From Cyclobacteriaceae bacterium (lineage in GTDB: Bacteria > Bacteroidota > Bacteroidia > Cytophagales > Cyclobacteriaceae), in the NCBI GenBank assembly GCA_040905205.1, contig JBBDSB010000695.1, positions 372 through 64,371 on the forward strand: a stretch of DNA of 64,000 bases, given 5' to 3'. The notes below the pieces were generated by a model, which saw only the letters and a program-made list of their open reading frames with translations, searched no databases and had not been told where the DNA came from. Below are positions 19,623-27,590 of the stretch, piece after piece. The translations under genes and the position numbers were made by a program. Every line of letters starts with the position of its first letter. Positions within the stretch are counted from its first letter, which is position 1.

Positions 19623-20261
19623 TTAAAGATTTGATGATTTTAAAATCAAAAGAAATTCACTCAGTATCATGGCGGTGGCTCCCCAAACCATTTCCCCGCC
19701 GATTTCATAATAGGGTGCAACTATATTGACACCCTGATAGGGTTCCATGGTTTTTTCCTTTTTCACTCCCGCATATATCAATTGGCTAAAATCGCAGGTG
19801 ATAAGTTTATCCACTTCTCTTGGATCGGGTTTAAACTCCGGTGGATTTTCCGTAAACCCTACAAAAGGCACTATCGAAAAATTACTGGGCGAAACATAAA
19901 GCGCTGATAGTTGACCTAATAATTTTACAGATGTTTTATCCACTCCTATTTCTTCTTCAGTTTCTCGCAATGCGGTATATTCAAGATCAGGGTCACCAGG
20001 ATCCATTTTACCTCCCGGAAGAGCGACTTGACCACTATGTACTCCCAAATATATAGGTCTTTTGATAAATGGAACCAGAACGGTAGCCTTACCGGGATAA
20101 ATTAGCAACAATACGGCTCCTTTTCTAGCCCTTTTCATGCGTTCGGGTTCAAACCGCGCATCTTCAATCGGTTTTGGCGCCATGAGCACCTGTCCTTTCT
20201 TTCCCGGCAAAGGTGCTTTTAACGCACTATCAAGATAATTAACCAACTCATAAAATTTCAT
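19623..20261 (-). CDS. NUDIX hydrolase, CoA pyrophosphatase-like
   Basis: Nudix box GGKMDPGDPDLEYTALRETEEEIG. The size and upstream motif fit the NudL/CoAse subgroup. Confidence 0.75.
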   Translation of the reverse strand: MKFYELVNYLDSALKAPLPGKKGQVLMAPKPIEDARFEPERMKRARKGAVLLLIYPGKATVLVPFIKRPIYLGVHSGQVALPGGKMDPGDPDLEYTALRETEEEIGVDKTSVKLLGQLSALYVSPSNFSIVPFVGFTENPPEFKPDPREVDKLITCDFSQLIYAGVKKEKTMEPYQGVNIVAPYYEIGGEMVWGATAMILSEFLLILKSSNL

Positions 20262-20497
20262 ACCGTCTGATTAAATGGGTATACAATAAAGGCCTGAACA
20301 TGGTCCAGGCCTTTATTCCATTTATCAAATTTATTAAACCTATTTGGTTTTATTCAATAAATGAATAAACTCGAACGAAAATTAAGGAATTATTCAATCA
20401 TTTCAAATACGCTAAAACATCCCATCTGACCATAATATTCTTTCTAATATTGGGTCATAGCGGATATTTAATGCAATTTTATGCGGAAATAAATGCC

Positions 20498-22225
20498 ATG
20501 GATCATAGCCAAACAAAAAAAACAGTATCGGTTATCCTGAAGGGATTTGAAACTTATATTCTCGAATTCAATTCAATCACTCATATTATTCCAGAAAAAT
20601 TTGTGCAAAGAAATTGGGCAGCACTCCAACAGCATCATAAAAAAAGATTAAGATTATACAAGGATCACCTACAGAAAATTGTTTTGGAATGCCAACTTAT
20701 CCTAATGGAGAACGCTTCAGACAGAAATCAATGGCGACAATTAAAGGAGCAATATGCAGAAGCTATTGTTCACAGGCCTGATAGGGAACTTGCCTCCACC
20801 TTTTTCAATTCGGTATTTAGGAAAACCTTTCCGGGTAAAATAATTGATGAGGACTTGATGTTTGTGGAAGATCCCTTTCCTCCTCCTTTTTCTGAATGGA
20901 AAGAGGATCTTTTTTTTAATTACCCGGCCAATTGGAAACTTTCGGCTATTTTCCTAAAAATACTTGAGGACTTTGATTTTGGAGCTCCCTACTATCAAAA
21001 GGAGGAAGATATTCAACACCTGGTAAATGGTGTCAGGGAAGTGATCCTGTCCCGGTATAAGGCAAAGGCCGATACCACCACCCAGGTATTGAAAACCAAA
21101 TTTTATAGAAACAAAGCCGCCTATTTGATCGGCCGAACTTTTTTAGGAAATAAATGGATGCCCTTTATCATCCCATTTGTACATAATGAAAAAGGAATAT
21201 TCGCAGATACCCTGATTTTTGATCCGAATATCATGAGTAGCATATTCAGTTATACCCGTTCTTATTTTATGGCGGCTATTAAAATTCCTTCTCAAACCGT
21301 CTATTTTCTGAACTCGGTCATCAAGCACAAAAGACCCTACGAAGTTTATAATGCCATTGGCTTTAACAAACATGGGAAAACAGCATTTTATAGGGATTTC
21401 ACCCATCACCTCAGAAACAGCAATGATCTGTTTGTTTCGGCAAAGGGCATCAAGGGAATGGTGATGGCGGTCTTCACCTTACCTTCCTTTAATATTGTAT
21501 TTAAATTAATCAAGGATCACTTTGAGCCTCCTAAAACGATGACCCGGCAACAGGTTAAGGAAAAGTACAAATTGGTAGGTTTGCATGACCGGGTGGGAAG
21601 AATGGCCGACACCCATGAATTTGAAAATTTTAAGTTGCCTTTGGACCGCATGGATCCGGATTTGATGAAGGAATTAAAAAACAACTCCAATTCCCTTTTG
21701 GAAATAAAAGGTGACACCCTGATCATTAAGCACCTTTACATAGAAAGAAGGTTGATCCCCTTGAATTTATATCTCGAAGAATGTAATCTGGCTGATGCCA
21801 GACACATTGTCGATGAATATGCCAATGCCATTCTCCAAATGGCCCAAGCCAATATCTTTCCAGGTGATATGATGATCAAAAACTTCGGGGTAACCCGTCA
21901 GAAAAGGGTTATTTTTTATGATTATGATGAAATTGAATTTCTGGTTGACATGAATTTCAGGAATAAACCCAAACCGGAAAATTTCGAACAGGTTTATGCA
22001 GCCGAACCCTGGTATGAAATCAATAAAAACGATGTTTTCCCAGAGGATTTTAAAAAATTCATGATCGGGAGAAGCGATGTAAAAGATTATTTCATACAGT
22101 CCAATCCTGAATTATTTGATCCCAAAGCATGGCAAAACATACAGGATCAGATCCGGAAAGGAGAACTGATCCATGCCTTTCCTTATCCTGAAAAAATGCG
22201 ATTCAGGCCCGGGGAAACAATATAA
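20498..22225 (+). CDS. aceK: isocitrate dehydrogenase kinase/phosphatase
   Basis: Collinear with E. coli AceK: FYRNKAAYLIGR, IKGMVMAVFTLPSFNIVFKLIKD, HDRVGRMADTHEFENF, HLYIERRLIPLNLYL, NIFPGDMMIKNFGVTRQKRVIFYDYDEI. The start is ambiguous (20450 TTG, 20471 or 20498 ATG). Confidence 0.85.
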   Translation: MDHSQTKKTVSVILKGFETYILEFNSITHIIPEKFVQRNWAALQQHHKKRLRLYKDHLQKIVLECQLILMENASDRNQWRQLKEQYAEAIVHRPDRELASTFFNSVFRKTFPGKIIDEDLMFVEDPFPPPFSEWKEDLFFNYPANWKLSAIFLKILEDFDFGAPYYQKEEDIQHLVNGVREVILSRYKAKADTTTQVLKTKFYRNKAAYLIGRTFLGNKWMPFIIPFVHNEKGIFADTLIFDPNIMSSIFSYTRSYFMAAIKIPSQTVYFLNSVIKHKRPYEVYNAIGFNKHGKTAFYRDFTHHLRNSNDLFVSAKGIKGMVMAVFTLPSFNIVFKLIKDHFEPPKTMTRQQVKEKYKLVGLHDRVGRMADTHEFENFKLPLDRMDPDLMKELKNNSNSLLEIKGDTLIIKHLYIERRLIPLNLYLEECNLADARHIVDEYANAILQMAQANIFPGDMMIKNFGVTRQKRVIFYDYDEIEFLVDMNFRNKPKPENFEQVYAAEPWYEINKNDVFPEDFKKFMIGRSDVKDYFIQSNPELFDPKAWQNIQDQIRKGELIHAFPYPEKMRFRPGETI

Positions 22226-22231
22226 AATATT

Positions 22232-22762
22232 TCACTCCTTATACCATGAAGCATACATTGGATAGTTGTTTGCCGTTCGCTTTATGACCGCTAACATCTC
22301 CGCTCCGGTGTCCTTTATTTTTTTGGCTGGTACGCCGGCATAAATGCTGTTTTCTTCGACGAAAGTACCTGGTAAAATCACTGCACCCGCAGCAATAACC
22401 GACCCCTCATTGATAATGGCATTATCCATCACTATGGCACCCATACCGATAAGTACATTGTCTTTTATCGTACATCCATGCACCAGGGCATGGTGGGCAA
22501 TGGAAACATTACTTCCTATCACCGTTGGGGATTTTTGATAGGTACAATGAATGATGGCCCCGTCTTGGATATTGGTATTGTCACCGATTCTGATGTAATG
22601 TACATCTCCTCTCACCACGGCATTGAACCAAACCGTACAGTTTTTACCCATGACAACATCCCCCACCAAGGTGGCATTATCAGCTAACCAACAACCTTCC
22701 CCCCATTCCGGTGCCTTTTCCTTTATCTTTTTAATTAGTGCCATAAATTTCTGTTTTACCAA
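22232..22762 (-). CDS. gamma-class carbonic anhydrase / hexapeptide-repeat (YrdA/PaaY-like) protein
   Basis: Left-handed beta-helix hexapeptide repeats with conserved His residues (VHYIRIGD..., IHC, AHHALVHG). An alternative start lies at 22744. Confidence 0.75.
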   Translation of the reverse strand: MVKQKFMALIKKIKEKAPEWGEGCWLADNATLVGDVVMGKNCTVWFNAVVRGDVHYIRIGDNTNIQDGAIIHCTYQKSPTVIGSNVSIAHHALVHGCTIKDNVLIGMGAIVMDNAIINEGSVIAAGAVILPGTFVEENSIYAGVPAKKIKDTGAEMLAVIKRTANNYPMYASWYKE

Positions 22763-22878
22763 TATTTTAGAACCAAAATTAACAATACTTCATTAAACTT
22801 CAATTTTTTTTAAAATAAATGAACTTTTCCAAACAATAACAGTCTAAGTGCATATATACTTTGACAAAACCAATCATT

Positions 22879-23460
22879 ATGAAATCATTGAAACTATCAG
22901 GAATTATTATATCAGCCACCTTGCTGGCATTCGGATGTGGAAAAAGTACGGAAACCGTGGAAACTTCTGAAGAAATGGAAGTAGTCCAGGCTACCGGGGA
23001 TACCTTGTCATTGGATATGGATGCGAGCAAAGTCAATTGGAGAGGTTATAAACCCACAGGTCAGCATTTCGGAATCATTCCGGTTACTGACGGGTCTCTT
23101 ACTGTAGAAGGCTCGGATATCAAAGCAGGTAACTTTACTTTTGATATTACCCATCTGGAAATCCATGATAAGGAAGAAGGTACGGAAGATCATGGTAAGT
23201 TATGGAATCACCTACAATCCGATGACTTCTTTGATGCGGCCAATCATCCCCAGGCTACTTTTGAAATCACTTCCATCAGCACATTCAGTGATACGGATTC
23301 AGTAGAAAACGAAGAACAATTTGAGTCTGAAAACACCCCAAAAAGTTCAACTGAAATTGCTCCTGATGCTCCTACGCACTGGATCAGTGGAAACCTTAGC
23401 ATAAGGGGACAATTTGTCCCCTTTTTTATTCCCAAATCCTTATTTTTGCCAGTATGGTAG
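22879..23460 (+). CDS. YceI-like lipoprotein, C-terminally truncated
   Basis: Lipoprotein signal MKSLKLSGIIISATLLAFGC. The YceI core (KVNWRGYKPTGQHFG..., HLQSDDFFDAANHPQATFEITS, ISGNLSIRG) stops where family members normally continue for about 60 aa. The tail reads through a terminator hairpin. Confidence 0.55.
   Translation: MKSLKLSGIIISATLLAFGCGKSTETVETSEEMEVVQATGDTLSLDMDASKVNWRGYKPTGQHFGIIPVTDGSLTVEGSDIKAGNFTFDITHLEIHDKEEGTEDHGKLWNHLQSDDFFDAANHPQATFEITSISTFSDTDSVENEEQFESENTPKSSTEIAPDAPTHWISGNLSIRGQFVPFFIPKSLFLPVW
23405..23428 (+). terminator. intrinsic terminator hairpin inside the 3' end of the YceI-like ORF
   Basis: GGGGACA-att-TGTCCCC followed by TTTTTT. Confidence 0.55.
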
Positions 23461-24710
23461 TTGATGCTATTTCCACTGAAACTTTTGAGATTACGCAACA
23501 ATGGATTAAAAAGATGTTGGCTTGGGTTAATGATTGCTATCCCTACTTCTGTTATTTCAACCCAAACGGGCTTGATTACCCCCATGGTGCCTTTCACCAT
23601 ACCTTATATGCAGGAAAAAAGGCCGTTCCCTTGGAACAAATAGCCCAATTACCAGCTGATAAAGCAAAAATCGGAATCATAGGCTATGATCAAAAAAACA
23701 AATATGAAAAACTGGAAAGTAAAAATCCTGCATGGGTAGATTGTCCGGATAGTTTATTCTTTTCTCCGGAGATTACTATCTCTATCCACGAAAAATCAGC
23801 CACCATTACCTGCGTAGAACCAAATTTAATTTGGTCCACCATCGCTGGGTTTGATCAAAAAATCAACCAGTCGAAAAGAACGGTAGAAATTTATCCCTCA
23901 CATACCCGTCAGGAATATGGAAAAGTTTTTAATACTATTAAGGAACATATACTTCAAGGTGATATTTATGAGATGAATTTTTGTATGGGATACCATGGTA
24001 AACGCTCTCCCTGCTGCCCAATAGAACTTTATTTTAGTTTGTGTCAATATTCTCCCATGCCTTTCAGTGCTTTATTTAAAGCTGCGGATTTGGCAATATT
24101 GACTGCTTCTCCAGAGCGATTCCTGAAGAAAACCGGAAACCAATTATTAACCCAGCCTATTAAAGGAAGTATCAGAAGAGGTGATAATGATGAGGAAGAC
24201 AAGTTCTTGCAGGAGGGTTTGGCGAACAGCGAAAAGGAAAAATCCGAAAACCTGATGATTGTAGATTTGATGAGAAATGATTTGTCCAGGGTAAGTCAGG
24301 TGGGAGAGGTGCAGGTAGCGGAGTTATTTGGTATTTATAGTTTCCAACAAATCACCCAAATGGTATCCACAGTTTCATGTACATTAAAGCCCGGCCTTAC
24401 TTTTGAGGATATCATCGCCAGAACTTTTCCCATGGGAAGTATGACTGGCGTCCCAAAAATAAAATGTATGGAATTAATTGACCACTATGAAAAATTTAAG
24501 CGTTCCTGGTTTTCAGGAACTTTGGGATATATCCAACCTAATGGGGATTTTGATTTTTGTGTCATCATTAGAAGCCTGATTGTGGATTGTTCCCGTAAAG
24601 AATTTTATTTTGGAGTAGGTAGTGCCATTACTTTTGATGCCAATGCAAAGGACGAATACCAGGAATGTCTTTTAAAAGCGGACGGCATTATTAAAGCTTT
24701 GAAAAATTAA
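23454..24710 (+). CDS. pabB: aminodeoxychorismate synthase component I
   Basis: 418 aa. Chorismate-binding C-terminal motifs (SPERFL, ENLMIVDL, GSMTGVPK, GVGSAIT). The size and the absence of a TrpE-type N-terminal regulatory region favour PabB. Confidence 0.7.
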   Translation: MVVDAISTETFEITQQWIKKMLAWVNDCYPYFCYFNPNGLDYPHGAFHHTLYAGKKAVPLEQIAQLPADKAKIGIIGYDQKNKYEKLESKNPAWVDCPDSLFFSPEITISIHEKSATITCVEPNLIWSTIAGFDQKINQSKRTVEIYPSHTRQEYGKVFNTIKEHILQGDIYEMNFCMGYHGKRSPCCPIELYFSLCQYSPMPFSALFKAADLAILTASPERFLKKTGNQLLTQPIKGSIRRGDNDEEDKFLQEGLANSEKEKSENLMIVDLMRNDLSRVSQVGEVQVAELFGIYSFQQITQMVSTVSCTLKPGLTFEDIIARTFPMGSMTGVPKIKCMELIDHYEKFKRSWFSGTLGYIQPNGDFDFCVIIRSLIVDCSRKEFYFGVGSAITFDANAKDEYQECLLKADGIIKALKN

Positions 24711-24762
24711 AAGTATATTTTAGAATTAATGATTTTATATAAAACCCAGTAAACCTTATTCA

Positions 24763-26109
24763 ATGGCAACAATTGAGCACATTTTAAATTCTGTAAAAGA
24801 CAAAAACCAAAATGAAACAGAATTTCACCAAGCAGTGGAAGAGGTATTTAATAGTATAAAGCCTATTTTAAAACAAAATAAACAGTATATAAATGAGAAG
24901 GTTTTTGAAAGGCTTTGCGAGCCGGAACGGACGATCAGTTTCAAAGTGTGCTGGACAGATGACCAAAACCAAGTTCAGGTAAACAAAGGCTACCGGGTAC
25001 AAATGAACAGTGCTATCGGTCCCTACAAAGGCGGGTTAAGGTTTCATCCATCCGTCAACCAAAGTATCCTCAAATTCCTTGCTTTCGAGCAGACCTTTAA
25101 AAATGCATTGACAGGACTACCTTTAGGGGCAGGCAAAGGGGGGGCTGATTTTGATCCCAAAGGCAAATCCGATACGGAAATCATGCACTTTTGCCAAGCT
25201 TGGATGATGGAGGCCTATAGACATATTGGGCATTTCACAGATGTCCCGGCGGGTGATATGGGTGTAGGCGAAAAGGAGATCGGATACCTATTCGGCGCTT
25301 TTAAAAAAATAAAAAATGAATTTCAGGGAACCCTTACCGGTAAAGGATTGGACTGGGGGGGGTCCCAACTCAGGACCGAAGCCACAGGTTACGGCCTCAT
25401 CCATTTTGCCCAATTCATGCTGTCTGAAATTGATGAAACACTGGAAAACAAAACATGTCTTGTGTCAGGGGCAGGTAATGTTTCCCAATATGCCATTGAA
25501 AAATTGTTGCATGAAAAAGCAAAAGTGGTGGCCTTTTCAGATTCAACAGGATTTATTTATGATCCTGACGGAATGGATGAAAATAAATTGGACTTTCTCA
25601 AAAGTATCAAAAATCATCACAAGAAAAGCATAGCAGCCTATTCCAAAAAATTCAGCAATTCAAGTTTTTCCAAAAGTCAAAATAAAAATATGTGGTCCAT
25701 TCCGGCAGACTGTGCTTTTCCCTGTGCCACTCAAAATGAATTGCATGAATCGGATGCCAAAACCCTAAGAAATAATGGATTGATCCTCCTGGCAGAAGGG
25801 GCAAATATGCCTGTCTCTTCCAAAGCCATCAGCTATCTGCAAAAAACGAATATTCTTTTCGGACCCGGCAAAGCGGCCAATGCAGGTGGCGTGGCCGTTT
25901 CCGGACTGGAAATTACCCAAAATCGGCAGGGAAATTACTGGACCAGGATCACCTTGGAAAAGGAATTACGGACCATCATGAAAAGTATCCATGAAAAATG
26001 CCAGGAGACCATCCTTTTACATCAGCTCAAGCCAAACGATTACCAAAATGCTTCCAATATCGGCGCTTTTGAGAAAGTGGCCAGGGCCATGATTGCCCAG
26101 GGAGTGTAA
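24763..26109 (+). CDS. gdhA: NADP-specific glutamate dehydrogenase
   Basis: 448 aa. GPYKGGLRFHPSV, LPLGAGKGG, and full-length similarity to GdhA. Confidence 0.9.
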   Translation: MATIEHILNSVKDKNQNETEFHQAVEEVFNSIKPILKQNKQYINEKVFERLCEPERTISFKVCWTDDQNQVQVNKGYRVQMNSAIGPYKGGLRFHPSVNQSILKFLAFEQTFKNALTGLPLGAGKGGADFDPKGKSDTEIMHFCQAWMMEAYRHIGHFTDVPAGDMGVGEKEIGYLFGAFKKIKNEFQGTLTGKGLDWGGSQLRTEATGYGLIHFAQFMLSEIDETLENKTCLVSGAGNVSQYAIEKLLHEKAKVVAFSDSTGFIYDPDGMDENKLDFLKSIKNHHKKSIAAYSKKFSNSSFSKSQNKNMWSIPADCAFPCATQNELHESDAKTLRNNGLILLAEGANMPVSSKAISYLQKTNILFGPGKAANAGGVAVSGLEITQNRQGNYWTRITLEKELRTIMKSIHEKCQETILLHQLKPNDYQNASNIGAFEKVARAMIAQGV

Positions 26110-26129
26110 CAACCGAATTTAACTGACCT

Positions 26130-27203
26130 ATGGCCTCCCATAGAAAAATCATACATATAGATATGGATGCTTTTTTTGCATCGGTGGAACAGATGGACGA
26201 TCCGAATCTCAGGGGAAAGCCTGTGGCTGTTGGTGGCAATAAAGAAAGGGGCGTAGTGGCTGCAGCCAGTTATGAAGCAAGAAAATTCGGTGTCAGATCT
26301 GCCATGTCAGCCAAGTTGGCTGCAATGAAATGCCCCAGGCTGATATTTGTACCCCCAAGATTTGATCGGTATAAGGAAATATCCAATGCCATCAGAAAAA
26401 TTTTTTTGGAATACACCCCACTAGTGGAACCACTTTCCCTGGATGAAGCATTTTTAGATGTTACCGAAAATCATTTTAACCTTCCCTCAGCCACACTTAT
26501 TGCAAAAGAAATCCGGGAAAGAATCCGGCAAGAAATAGGATTGAATGCTTCTGCAGGAATTTCTTACAATAAATTTCTGGCAAAAGTAGCCTCAGACCTG
26601 AACAAACCCAATGGGCAGGCAGTCATCCCCCCGGAAAAAGCAAATGTCTTTTTAGAAAAATTGCCCATTGAGAAATTTTATGGCGTGGGAAAGGTCATGG
26701 CCCAAAAGATGAAAAATCTGGGCATCCACAATGGCTGGGACCTGAAACAATATTCCCTCTCTTTTCTGGTAAAACGGTTTGGGAAATCAGGTTTGCATTA
26801 TTATGATATCGTTCGCGGGGTTCATCAAAGTGAGGTAAAACCAAATCGTATCCGAAAATCACTGGGTGTGGAAAAAACCTTTGAGAAAGACATCTTCGAA
26901 ATGGCAGACATCGAAAATGCCCTGATGGACCTGCTTAAGGTGCTTTTTTTCAGATTGGAAAAAGCCAAGACCCAGGGAAGAACAGTTACCCTAAAAATCA
27001 AATACAATGACTTTTCGCTTCTTAGCCGAAGCAAAAGTCATCCTGATATCCTGGCTTTAGCGGAAATTCAACAAATAGTTTTGACCTTAATGGAACAGGA
27101 GCAGATTACTAAACCCATCCGATTATTGGGAATAAGTATTTCCAACCTGGGTGGGGAAAGTATTGAATTGACTTTCGGGGAACAATTAAGTTTCGATTAC
27201 TGA
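26130..27203 (+). CDS. dinB: DNA polymerase IV
   Basis: 357 aa. IIHIDMDAFFASVE, SLDEAFLDVT, and Y-family polymerase layout. Confidence 0.9.
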   Translation: MASHRKIIHIDMDAFFASVEQMDDPNLRGKPVAVGGNKERGVVAAASYEARKFGVRSAMSAKLAAMKCPRLIFVPPRFDRYKEISNAIRKIFLEYTPLVEPLSLDEAFLDVTENHFNLPSATLIAKEIRERIRQEIGLNASAGISYNKFLAKVASDLNKPNGQAVIPPEKANVFLEKLPIEKFYGVGKVMAQKMKNLGIHNGWDLKQYSLSFLVKRFGKSGLHYYDIVRGVHQSEVKPNRIRKSLGVEKTFEKDIFEMADIENALMDLLKVLFFRLEKAKTQGRTVTLKIKYNDFSLLSRSKSHPDILALAEIQQIVLTLMEQEQITKPIRLLGISISNLGGESIELTFGEQLSFDY

Positions 27204-27292
27204 AATATATTTGAATAATCCCTTGAATTTTCGGCACTATCCTTGTTATCATTTAAATGAAAAAATAAAATTTTATTTAAATTTTAGCAAGC

Positions 27293-27511
27293 ATGAACGC
27301 ACAGGAAAAATATTTTGATTTTGGAATAAAATACGGCGTACCCTTGGCCATTATTTTCTCCACTGTTGCCATGAAAAAAGCAAAAGGCCTTGGTAATCTG
27401 GCCGTATTTGCTTTAGTAACCCCTATTATGTTAGGGTATCTTTACAGTCTGAAAAAAGTAAAAAACGAATTGAAATCAACAGCTAATAAAGGTCAAAAAG
27501 CCCCAAATTAA
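27293..27511 (+). CDS. small membrane protein, unknown function
   Basis: 72 aa with two predicted TM helices. No family recognised. Confidence 0.35.
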   Translation: MNAQEKYFDFGIKYGVPLAIIFSTVAMKKAKGLGNLAVFALVTPIMLGYLYSLKKVKNELKSTANKGQKAPN

Positions 27512-27590
27512 TATTAGAAGGAATAGAAATCCGCTTAAATATTATCCGATGAAATCATCAGGGGCCATTCATTCGGGAAGTAAAACTTCA

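Noticed and set aside
27263-27278. Perfect 16-nt palindrome AAATAAAATTTTATTT between dinB and the small membrane gene
   Set aside because: It is composed only of A/T in an AT-rich spacer, so its information content is low and it is likely fortuitous. No LexA-type box was recognisable near dinB.
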